64,000 nucleotides of DNA from Candidatus Iainarchaeum sp. (GTDB lineage: Archaea > B1Sed10-29 > WALL01). The notes under the pieces are model-generated. The model made no database searches. It saw only the letters and a list, made by a program, of their open reading frames with translations, and was not told the origin of the DNA. A program made the position numbers and the translations under genes. Location: assembly GCA_023129115.1 (NCBI GenBank), contig JAGMCR010000003.1, positions 1 through 64,000 of the forward strand, given 5' to 3'. Of this stretch, positions 45,192 to 55,076 are shown piece after piece; within the stretch, counting starts at the first letter, position 1, and the number at the start of each line of letters is the position of its first letter.

Positions 45192-46447
45192 ACGGGGTTT
45201 TCCTGACCTGGGAATTCATCGAGAAGATAGCTGTCGCCCTCGCCATAGGCGCGCTGCTTGGGATGGAGAGGGAGTACACCAAGAAGCAAGTAGTTGTGGG
45301 CCTGCGGACTTTCGCGCTCATCTCGCTGCTTGGGGCGCTGTTCGTGGAGTTCGCGGAATTGACCGGGGACGGGCTGCAGATTGTGCTCGGCTTCGTCGCC
45401 GTGATGCTGTTGGTCGCGGTGCTCTATGCCTCTAACCTGTTCAAGTTCAAGGCGGTTGGCATGACCACGAGCATAGCGCTGCTGATGAGCTATGTGCTCG
45501 GGGTGTTCGTCGCCTACGGGAGGGTCACGGAAGCAGTATTCGTGGCAATCGCGACCGCGATAGTGATGTTCGCCAAGGACTGGATGCACAAGTTCGTGCG
45601 GGAGCTCTCGAGCAGGGAGGTGCTGGACTTTCTTGAGTTCCTCATCCTGGTGGGCATAATCTATCCGCTGGTGCCCCAGGAGCCAATCGTGCTCTACAGC
45701 GTCGTTATTAACATCATGGACATCTGGCTCCTTGTGTTCATGCTGGCGCTGATTAACTTTGCCGGCTTCGTGGGCTCGAGGTACATAAGTGGGAAGGAGC
45801 AGATGGAGCTCATGAGCCTGCTCGGCGGCCTCGTGAGCAGCACTGCAGTGCTTTACTCAATGACGCAGGCCTATGCCAAGAACAAGGAGAAGGAAGTCAT
45901 CCTGTCGTCCTCTTATATGTTTATAAACGCCTCGATGTTCTTCAGAAACCTCGTCATCCTCGCCGTGCTTCTCCCGGCGAGCGTAGATTACCTGGCGCCC
46001 CCAATCATCGCGAGCTCGCTTTTCCTGATAGCTGCCGGCTACTGGACGGGCAGGGGCAAGGCGAAAGCCATGAAAATCTCGCTTAGTAGCCCCTTCCAGG
46101 TAAAAAAAGCCGCGTCGCTCGTGGTCAAGCTGGCGGTTGTTTTGGTGGCACTTGAAGTTGTGATAGTATATCTTCCGGATATATTTTATATAGCCACGTT
46201 TTTCGGCGGGATTACTAGCTCGGCTTCTACCATGGCTTCTTTCCCTGTGCTGGTTGAAACAGGGCGTATAACGGTTCGCATGGCGGTTATCGGGGCCAGT
46301 ATAGCCGTGCTTGGCGACTTATTGGTGGGAAATATTATTGTTTATTACCTTGGGGGCGCTTGGGAGTCCGCAAAGCGCGCATTGCCCTGGGGGCTCGCCG
46401 CGACGGCGATTTACGGCGTGATACTTGCTTTATTGGTGGGGATTTAG
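45188..46447 (+). CDS. MgtC/SapB-DUF4010 membrane protein
   Basis: ALAIGALLGMERE, GLRTFALISLLG, GMTT, GGLVSSTA. Confidence 0.88.
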   Translation: MNGVFLTWEFIEKIAVALAIGALLGMEREYTKKQVVVGLRTFALISLLGALFVEFAELTGDGLQIVLGFVAVMLLVAVLYASNLFKFKAVGMTTSIALLMSYVLGVFVAYGRVTEAVFVAIATAIVMFAKDWMHKFVRELSSREVLDFLEFLILVGIIYPLVPQEPIVLYSVVINIMDIWLLVFMLALINFAGFVGSRYISGKEQMELMSLLGGLVSSTAVLYSMTQAYAKNKEKEVILSSSYMFINASMFFRNLVILAVLLPASVDYLAPPIIASSLFLIAAGYWTGRGKAKAMKISLSSPFQVKKAASLVVKLAVVLVALEVVIVYLPDIFYIATFFGGITSSASTMASFPVLVETGRITVRMAVIGASIAVLGDLLVGNIIVYYLGGAWESAKRALPWGLAATAIYGVILALLVGI

Positions 46448-47584
46448 ATGAAGGCAACAGTTATAGTGGGATGCCAATTCGGGGATGAAGCGAAGGGCAA
46501 GATGGTTGATTACTTCGCGGGTGGAGTAGACGCGGTCGCCCGGTTCCAGGGCGGCAACAACGCGGGGCACACAGTTATTGTCGAGGGGAAGAAGTACGTG
46601 CTGCACTTTATCCCGTCCGGGGTTGTGCGCGGGCTGAAGTGTGTGCTCGGCAATGGAATGGTGATAGAGCCGAGGAAGCTCTTGGAAGAAATAGAGATGC
46701 TCCGCGGGCTTGGCATCGAGCCCGACTTATTGATTGACCAGAAGGCGCACGTCATCACCCAGGAAGAGCTCGACAAGGACGCGAAGGACAGCAAAATCGG
46801 GACCACGAAGAAGGGCATCGGCCCGTGCTACGAGGACAAGGCGGCGAGGACGGGCATCCGCGTGATGGACCTGCTCGACAAGGGCATGGTCAGTGATGAT
46901 TATTACGGGGCGGGGCAGAAGCTCAAGCAGTACATTGGCGACGCGTCGCTCGCGCTGTTTGGGATGAAGAAAGTCCTAATCGAGGGCGCGCAGGGCACGA
47001 TGCTTGACATTGACCACGGGACTTACCCGTTCGTGACGAGCAGCCACACAGTCGCCGGGAGCGCTTGCTCCGGGCTGGGGATTGGCCCCGGGACAATAGA
47101 AAAAGTTGTTGGGATTACCAAGGCGTATACCACGAGGGTCGGCAACGGGCCGTTCCCCACCGAGCTCGAGGGCGCGGACGGTGAAAAGCTGCGGGAAAAG
47201 GGCAAGGAGTTCGGCGCCACGACCGGGCGGCCAAGGCGCTGCGGGTGGTTTGACGCGCTGATAGTCAAGTACGCGATGAGAATCAACGGCATCAATGAAT
47301 TAGTGCTGACCAAGCTCGACGTGCTTGACGGCTTCGACAAAGTGAAGGTTTGCGTTGCGTACGAAAAGGACGGCGAGAGGGTTGAGGACCTGCCGCCGAA
47401 CCTTGACGGGTGGAAGCCTGTTTACGATGAGCTGCCCGGCTGGGAGAACAGCAAGGTCGCGTCGTACGAAGAGCTGCCGAAAGAGGCGAGGGGCTACATA
47501 GAAAAAATCGAGTCGCTTGTTGGGGTAAAAATAACAATGCTTAGCACCGGGCCGGCGAGGGACGAAGTGCTCAAGAGGCCTTGA
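46448..47584 (+). CDS. purA: adenylosuccinate synthetase
   Basis: QFGDEAKGK, GGNNAGHT, IGTTKKGIGP, EGAQG, GTYPFVTSS, TTGRPRRCGW. Confidence 0.97.
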   Translation: MKATVIVGCQFGDEAKGKMVDYFAGGVDAVARFQGGNNAGHTVIVEGKKYVLHFIPSGVVRGLKCVLGNGMVIEPRKLLEEIEMLRGLGIEPDLLIDQKAHVITQEELDKDAKDSKIGTTKKGIGPCYEDKAARTGIRVMDLLDKGMVSDDYYGAGQKLKQYIGDASLALFGMKKVLIEGAQGTMLDIDHGTYPFVTSSHTVAGSACSGLGIGPGTIEKVVGITKAYTTRVGNGPFPTELEGADGEKLREKGKEFGATTGRPRRCGWFDALIVKYAMRINGINELVLTKLDVLDGFDKVKVCVAYEKDGERVEDLPPNLDGWKPVYDELPGWENSKVASYEELPKEARGYIEKIESLVGVKITMLSTGPARDEVLKRP

Positions 47585-48158
47585 GCTTTCCGTCGCGCGC
47601 TTTTTTCAGTATTTCGACGAAGCCCTTTACCTCGAGTGCCTGGACTTTTTGCTTGAGCGAGTCCGCGGTGTCATCAGGGGCGATGGGGATGGACTCCTGC
47701 CACGCGATTTCGCCCGTGTCCGCGCCCTCGTCAACGAAGTGGATGGTCGCGCCGGTCTCTTTTTCGCCGGCGTCGAGGACTGCCTGGTGGACGTTCAGGT
47801 CCATCCCACCCGCGAACTTCGGGAGCAAAGATGGGTGGACGTTCAGGCACTTGCCCCACCACTTGTGTACAAACCACGGGGACAAAAAGCGCATGTAGCC
47901 GATGAGGAGGACAAGTTCTGCGCCCGCTTCCACGAGCGCGTTGTGGACGCGCCTGTCATAGTCCTCTCGCGAGAGCGTGCCCGGGCCGATGAAGTACGCG
48001 GGGATGCTTCTTTCGCGGGCGAGGTCAAGTATAGCGGCATTTTTCTTGTTCGAGATTACGACGGATATTTCGATTCCGCTCAACTCGCCGCTGTCGATTG
48101 CGGCAAAGATTCCGGCGAGGTCAGTGCCGCGCGTCGAGCCGAGGACGCCGACTTTCAT
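47571..48158 (-). CDS. purN: GAR formyltransferase
   Basis: GYMR, LNVHPSLLP, GATIHFVDEGADTG. Confidence 0.95.
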   Translation of the reverse strand: MKVGVLGSTRGTDLAGIFAAIDSGELSGIEISVVISNKKNAAILDLARERSIPAYFIGPGTLSREDYDRRVHNALVEAGAELVLLIGYMRFLSPWFVHKWWGKCLNVHPSLLPKFAGGMDLNVHQAVLDAGEKETGATIHFVDEGADTGEIAWQESIPIAPDDTADSLKQKVQALEVKGFVEILKKARDGKLKAS

Positions 48159-48622
48159 TTGTTTGCCCCCAACCAATTTTTTAACCTTTGAATGAAACCA
48201 ACATCCTCCAACCACCGGCTCTCCACTTTCCCACTCTTTGAGGTTTGCCCGTTCTTCAAAGTGATTACCCCAACAGCCTCATAAACTCGCCACTGCGTTC
48301 CATTCTGGCCGGCGTCTCTTTTATCAGTTCGTGTTATTTGAAGTTTAGCCACCTTGACTTCTGCTATGTCCCTATTCACTTTCTTTAGTTGCTCAGCTAG
48401 GAACTCATTGTAGAATGCTATGCTTTTTTTGACCCCCATACCCCCCACCCTACTCGGGCTTATGGTTTTCTTCATGAGGTCTATTTCGGCGTTGTCCACC
48501 CCGCACCACGCCATTTCTGATGCCAACTCTTCCATGACATAATTGTGGTTCTTCACATCGTAATTCATGAGGCTCGTGAAGCTATCCGCCACGTTATGAG
48601 CTACACCTTTGAGTTTGCTCAT
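48155..48622 (-). CDS. hypothetical protein between folD and purN
   Basis: 155-aa ORF with ATGA overlaps on both sides; lower GC. Confidence 0.7.
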   Translation of the reverse strand: MSKLKGVAHNVADSFTSLMNYDVKNHNYVMEELASEMAWCGVDNAEIDLMKKTISPSRVGGMGVKKSIAFYNEFLAEQLKKVNRDIAEVKVAKLQITRTDKRDAGQNGTQWRVYEAVGVITLKNGQTSKSGKVESRWLEDVGFIQRLKNWLGANK

Positions 48623-49458
48623 TTCCTTCTCTCCTTCGCCGCCTCGAGCGTGTTGCGCATCAGGGAGGCAACGGTCATCGGGCCCACGCCGCCGGGGACT
48701 GGCGAGATTGCGGACGCTTTTTCTTTTACCGCGTCGAAGTCAACGTCGCCGCACAATCCGGAGTCTGTGCGGTTGATGCCTACGTCGATGACGACGGCGT
48801 CTTCTTTCACCATGTCGGCGGTTATTAGTTTTGGCTTGCCGGCGGCGGCGATGAGCAAGTCGGCCTGCCTTGTTTCTTCGGGCAAGTTTTTTGTTTTCGA
48901 ATGGCACACAGTTACTGTACAATTTCTTTGCAAGAGCATAATTGCGAGCGGCTTGCCGACTATGTTCGAGCGGCCGACGACAACTGCTTTGGCGCCATTG
49001 TAATTGAAGTTGATTGAGTCGAGCATGGCGATGACTCCTGTCGGCGTGGAGGGGGTGAGGCCCGGCTGCCCGGAAAGGAGGAGGCCCATGTTGACGGGGT
49101 GGAAGCCGTCGACGTCTTTCGCCGGGTCGATGGCTTTGATTACTGCGCTTTCGGCGATTTGTTTTGGGAGTGGGAGCTGGACGAGCACGCCGTCGACTGC
49201 GGGGTCGGCGTTTAGTTTGGAGACGAGGGAGAGCAGTTCTTCTTGCGTTGTTGTGTCCGGCAAAGAGTGCTTGACAGACTCTATGCCAACTTTTTCGCAC
49301 GCAATGTTCTTCATCTTGACGTAGACTTTTGACGCCGGGTTTTCCCCGACAAGGACTACGTCGAGCCGCGGCTTGAACCCCAGTGAAGAGATTTCTCCGG
49401 CGACTTTGTCCTTCAGCCCTGCGGCCAAGGCTTTTCCATCTATAATTGAAGCAGGCAA
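48619..49458 (-). CDS. folD: methylene-THF dehydrogenase/cyclohydrolase
   Basis: IIDGK, S..YV..K, LVQLPLP, KDVDG, GRSNIVGKP, PVPGGVGPMT; TTG start. Confidence 0.96.
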   Translation of the reverse strand: MPASIIDGKALAAGLKDKVAGEISSLGFKPRLDVVLVGENPASKVYVKMKNIACEKVGIESVKHSLPDTTTQEELLSLVSKLNADPAVDGVLVQLPLPKQIAESAVIKAIDPAKDVDGFHPVNMGLLLSGQPGLTPSTPTGVIAMLDSINFNYNGAKAVVVGRSNIVGKPLAIMLLQRNCTVTVCHSKTKNLPEETRQADLLIAAAGKPKLITADMVKEDAVVIDVGINRTDSGLCGDVDFDAVKEKASAISPVPGGVGPMTVASLMRNTLEAAKERRK

Positions 49459-49552
49459 GCAATCACCCCGATGTATTATAAAGAAAGAAAGAGTTATAAA
49501 AAGCGTTGGGTGTAGGTCGATTGGGCTACTCCCTGATTTTGAGGCAACCGTT

Positions 49553-50920
49553 ATGTGTGGGATAGTCGCCTTAAGCAACGGAGATGTTGCGCACAAGCTG
49601 TATTATGGACTGTACTCAATACAGCACCGGGGCCAGGACTCTTGTGGCATAGCCACTTATGACCCGTCGAACCACCGGTTCCGGATGAAGAAGAAGCCTG
49701 GGCTTGTCCCCAATGTCTTCAGCAAGCAGGCGCTCGAAAACCTTTACGGGGAGATGGGGATAGGGCACGTGCGGTACCCGACAATCGGCAGTGACTTCGA
49801 GCGGGACGCACAGCCGTTCCTCTACGAGAACGAGATGGCGCTGGCGCACAACGGCAACATCGCGAATTACATGGAGATAGTCAAGGGGCTTGACATAAGG
49901 CCTGGCTCGATGTGCGACAGCGAGGCGCTAATGAACCTGCTGTTGCAGGAGATGAAGGCGAACGGGGGATTGCTTCCCGGCGTCGAGTCAGTAATGAACA
50001 AGCTCAACGGCTCTTATTCGGTCGTGGCGCTCGTTCCGGGCGAGGGCCTCGTGATTTTCCGTGACCCGCACGCCATCCGGCCGCTCGTCCTGAGCAAGTA
50101 CGGCGCCGCGTCCGAGAGCGTGGCGCTCGACATAATGGGCGAGGAAGTCGTAGACGACGTGGGCCCGGGCGAGTGCATTACGATAAAGGACGGCAAGATG
50201 GAGAGGAAGACGCTTGTTGAAAAGGAGCCAAGGCACTGCATGTTCGAGTGGGTGTACTTCAGCAGGCCGGACTCGACCATACAGAAGAAGCCTGTCTACG
50301 ACGTCAGGCTGCGGCTTGGGGAAGAGCTGGCGAAGCAGTGGGACAAGGACGTCGACGTCGTGATTCCTGTGCCTGACACCTCACGCGCGACCGCGCTGAA
50401 GTTCGCGAGGGAGATTGGCGCCCCGTACCGCGAGGGGCTGATAAAGAACAGGTATGTTTGGCGGACGTTCATAATGCCCCAGCAGGAGCTGCGCGAAGCG
50501 TCGGTCCGCGTGAAGCTCAACCCAATCATCCACGAAATCAAGGGCAAAAGGGTCGCTGTCGTCGACGACAGCATAGTGCGCGGGACCACGAGCCGCAAGA
50601 TAGTGAAGCTCCTGAGGGACGCTGGCGCGAAGGAAGTGCATTTTGTGGTTGCTTGCCCGCCCATCAAGTGGCCGTGCTTCTACGGCATTGACATGACCAA
50701 AAAGGCTGAGCTCGCCGCCGCGGGGTACGATGACGTGGAGAAGCAGATGGCGAAGCACATAGGCGCGGACTCGGTCACTTACCTTGGGATAGAGGGGCTG
50801 CGCAAGGCAATCGGCCTCAAGGGGCTGTGCACCGCGTGCCTCGACGGCGACTACCCGACTGATGTTTCAAAGCTTTTGGCCATGCAGGGCGAGGAAAGGC
50901 CCTACGAGGTGGATGAATGA
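49553..50920 (+). CDS. purF: amidophosphoribosyltransferase
   Basis: MCGIV, QHRGQ, GHVRY, HNGN, VDDSIVRGTT, YGID. Confidence 0.97.
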   Translation: MCGIVALSNGDVAHKLYYGLYSIQHRGQDSCGIATYDPSNHRFRMKKKPGLVPNVFSKQALENLYGEMGIGHVRYPTIGSDFERDAQPFLYENEMALAHNGNIANYMEIVKGLDIRPGSMCDSEALMNLLLQEMKANGGLLPGVESVMNKLNGSYSVVALVPGEGLVIFRDPHAIRPLVLSKYGAASESVALDIMGEEVVDDVGPGECITIKDGKMERKTLVEKEPRHCMFEWVYFSRPDSTIQKKPVYDVRLRLGEELAKQWDKDVDVVIPVPDTSRATALKFAREIGAPYREGLIKNRYVWRTFIMPQQELREASVRVKLNPIIHEIKGKRVAVVDDSIVRGTTSRKIVKLLRDAGAKEVHFVVACPPIKWPCFYGIDMTKKAELAAAGYDDVEKQMAKHIGADSVTYLGIEGLRKAIGLKGLCTACLDGDYPTDVSKLLAMQGEERPYEVDE

Positions 50921-52266
50921 AGGTGCTCCTCGTCGGGAACGGCGCGAGGGAGCACGTGATGGGAGAGGCATTGGCCAAGACTGCTGAGGTCTACTGCGTG
51001 ATGGGCGCCAACAACCCGGGCCTGGTGGCGCTGGCGGCGGGGCATGCGACGGGCAAGACAACCAACCCCGAGTTTGTGCTCAAGAAGGCCAAGGAATGGG
51101 GGGTGGACTACTGCGTTGTGGGGCCTGAGGCGCCGCTGGGGGAGGGCGTTACCGACGTACTTGAGGAAAACGGGATTCTGTGCGCGAGCCCGAGCAAGGC
51201 GGCCGCGCAAATCGAGCTCGACAAGAGCTTCTGCAGGGAGCTGATGGAAAAGCACGCGTGCCGCGGCAGGGCGGTCTACAAGGTGTTCGACAACGGGGAC
51301 GACGCCGCGGAGTTTATTGAGGTATACGACAAGCCTGTCGCGGTCAAGCCGCTTGGGCTGACCGGGGGCAAGGGCGTCAAGGTCGTTGCGGACGTGCCGG
51401 GCCAGCTCAAGACACTCGAGGCTGCCAAGAAGTACGCGAAGAAAGTAATCGAGGACGGGATTGGCGGCGGGGCCAGGGTCATAATCGAGGAAAAGCTCGA
51501 GGGGGAGGAGTTCACGATACAGGCGTTTGTTGATGGGGAATACGTTGTGCCGACGCCGGCTGTGCAGGACCACAAGTTCGCGTACGACGGCGACAAGGGA
51601 CCGTTCACCGGCGGCATGGGAAGCTACAGCAACGCGGGGATGCTCCTGCCGTTCATGAAGCAGGAGGACTACGACCAGGCAGTCGATGTTTTGCGGGACG
51701 TCGTGGCTGCGCTGAAGGCGGAAAACACGCCGTACAAGGGAGTGATGTACGGCCAGTTCATGCTTACTGGGGAGGGGCCAAAGGTCGTGGAGATAAACGC
51801 GCGCTTCGGAGACCCGGAGGCCATGAACGTCCTGCCAGTGCTGAAGACCCCTTACTGCGAGGTGTGCGAGGCCATAAACGAGGGCGAGCTCGTGAGCATC
51901 CCCCTGGAGTTCGAGCCGAAGGCGACCGTGTGCAAGTACATAGTGCCCAAGGGCTACCCCCAGAAGCCGGAGTCAGGGAAGAAGGTCAGGATAACGGGAA
52001 AGCCCAAGTCCCGGATGTACTATGCGTCGGTGGACAAGAAAAAGGATGGCATCCACATGTCGTCGAGCCGGGCGCTCGCGTTCGTCGGAATCGGCGACAC
52101 AATTGAGGAGGCCGAGGCCGTCGCCGCCAAGGACCTCTCGCTCGTCAAGGGCAGGGTGCAGTACAGGAAGGACATCGGCACGCCGGAGCTCATCCAAAAG
52201 CGGATAAGGCACATGAATGAGCTCAGGGAAGCCGTTAGGGTTATAAACCGCCCCATCACCAAATAA
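50917..52266 (+). CDS. purD: phosphoribosylamine-glycine ligase
   Basis: GNGAREH, VGPEAPL, GKGV, QDHK, TGGMG, NARFGDPE. Confidence 0.97.
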   Translation: MKVLLVGNGAREHVMGEALAKTAEVYCVMGANNPGLVALAAGHATGKTTNPEFVLKKAKEWGVDYCVVGPEAPLGEGVTDVLEENGILCASPSKAAAQIELDKSFCRELMEKHACRGRAVYKVFDNGDDAAEFIEVYDKPVAVKPLGLTGGKGVKVVADVPGQLKTLEAAKKYAKKVIEDGIGGGARVIIEEKLEGEEFTIQAFVDGEYVVPTPAVQDHKFAYDGDKGPFTGGMGSYSNAGMLLPFMKQEDYDQAVDVLRDVVAALKAENTPYKGVMYGQFMLTGEGPKVVEINARFGDPEAMNVLPVLKTPYCEVCEAINEGELVSIPLEFEPKATVCKYIVPKGYPQKPESGKKVRITGKPKSRMYYASVDKKKDGIHMSSSRALAFVGIGDTIEEAEAVAAKDLSLVKGRVQYRKDIGTPELIQKRIRHMNELREAVRVINRPITK

Positions 52267-52282
52267 ATAGGGTGAGCCCCAA

Positions 52283-52750
52283 ATGCAAATTACGGTTATT
52301 TTAGGGTCTTCTTCTGACGCCCCAATCGCTGAAAAATGCACGAAAGTGCTTGAGCGGTTTGGGGTGGAGCACGAGGTCAGGGTTGCTTCTGCACACCGCG
52401 CGCCGGAAATTGTCAAGGAGCTTGTGGAGTCCTCGGACTCCGAAGTTTTCATCGCGATTGCTGGTTTGGCTGCGGCATTGCCGGGCGTGGTCGCGTCGCA
52501 CACCACGAGGCCGGTCATCGGAGTGCCGGTCGGCGTGAAGCTGGACGGGCTTGACGCGTTCCTCTCGATTGCGCAGATGCCCCCGGGCATACCGGTGGCG
52601 ACCGTCGGCATCGACAGGGGGGACAACGCCGCGGTGCTTGCGGTGGAGATTCTTGCGGCAAAGGACGACGCATTGAGGCAAAAGCTCGGCGAGTACAGGG
52701 AAGAAATGAAAGAAAAGGTGAAGAAGCAGGACGAGGAGATGAGGAAGTGA
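52283..52750 (+). CDS. purE: AIR carboxylase / N5-CAIR mutase
   Basis: [37 protein letters not shown]. Confidence 0.97.
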   Translation: MQITVILGSSSDAPIAEKCTKVLERFGVEHEVRVASAHRAPEIVKELVESSDSEVFIAIAGLAAALPGVVASHTTRPVIGVPVGVKLDGLDAFLSIAQMPPGIPVATVGIDRGDNAAVLAVEILAAKDDALRQKLGEYREEMKEKVKKQDEEMRK

Positions 52751-54057
52751 TCCATCCAATCGAGTACAGGTACAGGTTCCCCGAGATGTACGCGCTGTTC
52801 GACGAGGAGTCGAAGCTGCAGAAGATGCTGCAGGTCGAAGTGGCGCTCGCGAGGGCGCACGCGCGGATTGGGGCGATACCGAAGAAGGACGCGAGGGCGA
52901 TTGCCGCCGCGGCCAAGAGGGTGAAGCTCGAGCGCGTCAAGAAAATCGAGAAGCGGACGCACCACGACGTGATGGCGGTCGCTGACGCGCTGGCCGAGAA
53001 GGCGGGCGCGGCCGGCAAGTGGGTGCACATGGGCGCCACGTCGTACGATATTGTGGACACCATGTGGGCATTGATACTAAAAGACGCCGCTGTTCTGCTG
53101 GCGAAGGACCTGAAGGCGCTCAAGAAAGAGCTGCGCAGGCTCGCGAAAAAGCACAGGAAGACCGTGATGGTCGGAAGGACGCACGGGCAGCACGCGCTGC
53201 CGATTACATTCGGGCTCAAGTGCGCGGTCTGGCTGAGCGAGGTGCAGGCGCACGAGGAGCGGCTTCAGCAGCTCCAGAAGCGCGTGCTTGTCGGAAAGAT
53301 GAGCGGCGCAGTAGGGACGTTCGCGGGGTTTGGCACCACGCGCGTACAAAAGCTTGTGATGAAGGAGCTGGGGCTCGGCGAGCCTGGGGCCACGAACCAG
53401 GTCGTGCAGCGCGAGGGCATGGCGGAGATGGTCGCGTTCACAGGAATAGTCGCGGGGACCGTCGAAAAGATTGCGAAGGAAGTCAGGAACCTCTCGCGCA
53501 GCGAGATAAAGGAAGTCGAGGAGGCCTTCGCCAAGGGGCAGGTCGGCAGCTCGACCATGCCGCAGAAGCGGAACCCGCACAAGAGCGAGAACCTGTGCGG
53601 CGTCGCGCGGGTGATACGGAGCAACGTGATGGTCGCGATGGAGAACATTGCGCTCGAGCACGAGCGCGACCTGACGAACTCAAGTGCGGAGAGGATTATT
53701 CTCCCGGAGAGCTTTGTGCTAACGGACTATTCGCTGAGGCAGATGGCATCGATACTCCATGGGCTGAATGTCTACCCCAAGAGGATGAGGGAAAACCTTG
53801 AGGCGGACGAGTACGTCATGAGTGAGTCCATCATGCTGGCGCTCGTGAAGAAGGGCGTGCCGCGGCAGAAGGCGCACGCCATGGTGAAGAAGGCGGCGAT
53901 GGCTTCGTTCACCAGGGGCAGGGATTACCGGGCCACTGTGGCGAAGGCGGCTTCGGCGTGGCTGTCGGGAAAAGAATTGGACAAGGCAATGGACCCGCAC
54001 TCCTACCTAGGCGAAAGCACGAGGGTTGTCGACAAAGTGCTGAGGGAATGCAGATGA
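52747..54057 (+). CDS. purB: adenylosuccinate lyase
   Basis: [34 protein letters not shown]. Confidence 0.97.
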   Translation: MIHPIEYRYRFPEMYALFDEESKLQKMLQVEVALARAHARIGAIPKKDARAIAAAAKRVKLERVKKIEKRTHHDVMAVADALAEKAGAAGKWVHMGATSYDIVDTMWALILKDAAVLLAKDLKALKKELRRLAKKHRKTVMVGRTHGQHALPITFGLKCAVWLSEVQAHEERLQQLQKRVLVGKMSGAVGTFAGFGTTRVQKLVMKELGLGEPGATNQVVQREGMAEMVAFTGIVAGTVEKIAKEVRNLSRSEIKEVEEAFAKGQVGSSTMPQKRNPHKSENLCGVARVIRSNVMVAMENIALEHERDLTNSSAERIILPESFVLTDYSLRQMASILHGLNVYPKRMRENLEADEYVMSESIMLALVKKGVPRQKAHAMVKKAAMASFTRGRDYRATVAKAASAWLSGKELDKAMDPHSYLGESTRVVDKVLRECR

Positions 54058-55076
54058 GCTTGACTTACGCGGAAAGCGGCGTGGACAGGGAAAAGCGTGG
54101 CGCTGCGAAGAGCGTGTTCTCTGCGTTCGAGTCAACTTATTCGCTTTCGAAGTATGGCGCGCCGGTGGCGCTGCCGTACAACACTGTTTATCCGGTTGGC
54201 GATAAGTACAATGTGAAGACTTGTGACGGCGTTGGGACCAAGGTGATGCTGGCCGAGCTTGCTGAAAAGCATGACACGATTGGGATTGACGCAGTGGCCA
54301 TGGTCACGAACGACGCGATAAGGTGTGGCGCCGAGCCGATTGCGCTGACGAATGTCATTGACGTGAAGGAGTCGGCGGCGGAGCTGCTGGCTGCGCTGCA
54401 GAAGGGGCTGCAGAAGGGTTCAGAGCAATCGGGCTGCCCCATGGTCGGCGGCGAGACCGCGGACGTGCCCGAGCTGATGACTGCGCTCTACCACATTAAT
54501 TGTGACTGCGTTGCAGAGGTTGAAAAGAGCAACGTGGTTGACGGGAAGGGCATTGCGGACGGCGATGCTGTTGTTGGGATTCCGAGCAGTGGGCTGCACA
54601 GCAATGGAATCAGCCTCGTGCGGAGGGCATTGTTCAAGAAGTGGGGGGGGAAGTACGGCGCGCACGACAAGCCCGACGGGCTTGAGAGGGAACTGGTGTT
54701 CGAGGCGCTCGAGCCCACGCGGGTTTACGTCAAGCCGGTGCTGAAGGCGATAACAGAGTACAGCGTGAAGGCCGCGGTGCACATAACGGGTGATGCGTAC
54801 CTAAAGTTCGGGGCGCTGTTCAAGTCTTCGCCGGGGATTGGCTTTGCGTTCGACAAGTTTGAGCCACAGCCGATTTTTGGATTGATTCAGGAGCAGGGCG
54901 TTGACTGGAAGGAGATGTTCAGGACGTTCAACATGGGGTGGGGTTTCGCACTTGTCGTGCCCAGTGGAGAGGCAGACGCCGTGGCGCAGCTTGTGGGCGG
55001 CACGGAAATAGGCAAAGCGACTGGCCAAAAGGGGGAGATAAGCGTCAGTCACAACGGGAAGGAAATGAATCTTTAA
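54054..55076 (+). CDS. purM: AIR synthetase
   Basis: LTYAESGV, DGVGTK, GGETA, SSGLHSNG, HITG, TFNMG. Confidence 0.96.
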   Translation: MSLTYAESGVDREKRGAAKSVFSAFESTYSLSKYGAPVALPYNTVYPVGDKYNVKTCDGVGTKVMLAELAEKHDTIGIDAVAMVTNDAIRCGAEPIALTNVIDVKESAAELLAALQKGLQKGSEQSGCPMVGGETADVPELMTALYHINCDCVAEVEKSNVVDGKGIADGDAVVGIPSSGLHSNGISLVRRALFKKWGGKYGAHDKPDGLERELVFEALEPTRVYVKPVLKAITEYSVKAAVHITGDAYLKFGALFKSSPGIGFAFDKFEPQPIFGLIQEQGVDWKEMFRTFNMGWGFALVVPSGEADAVAQLVGGTEIGKATGQKGEISVSHNGKEMNL

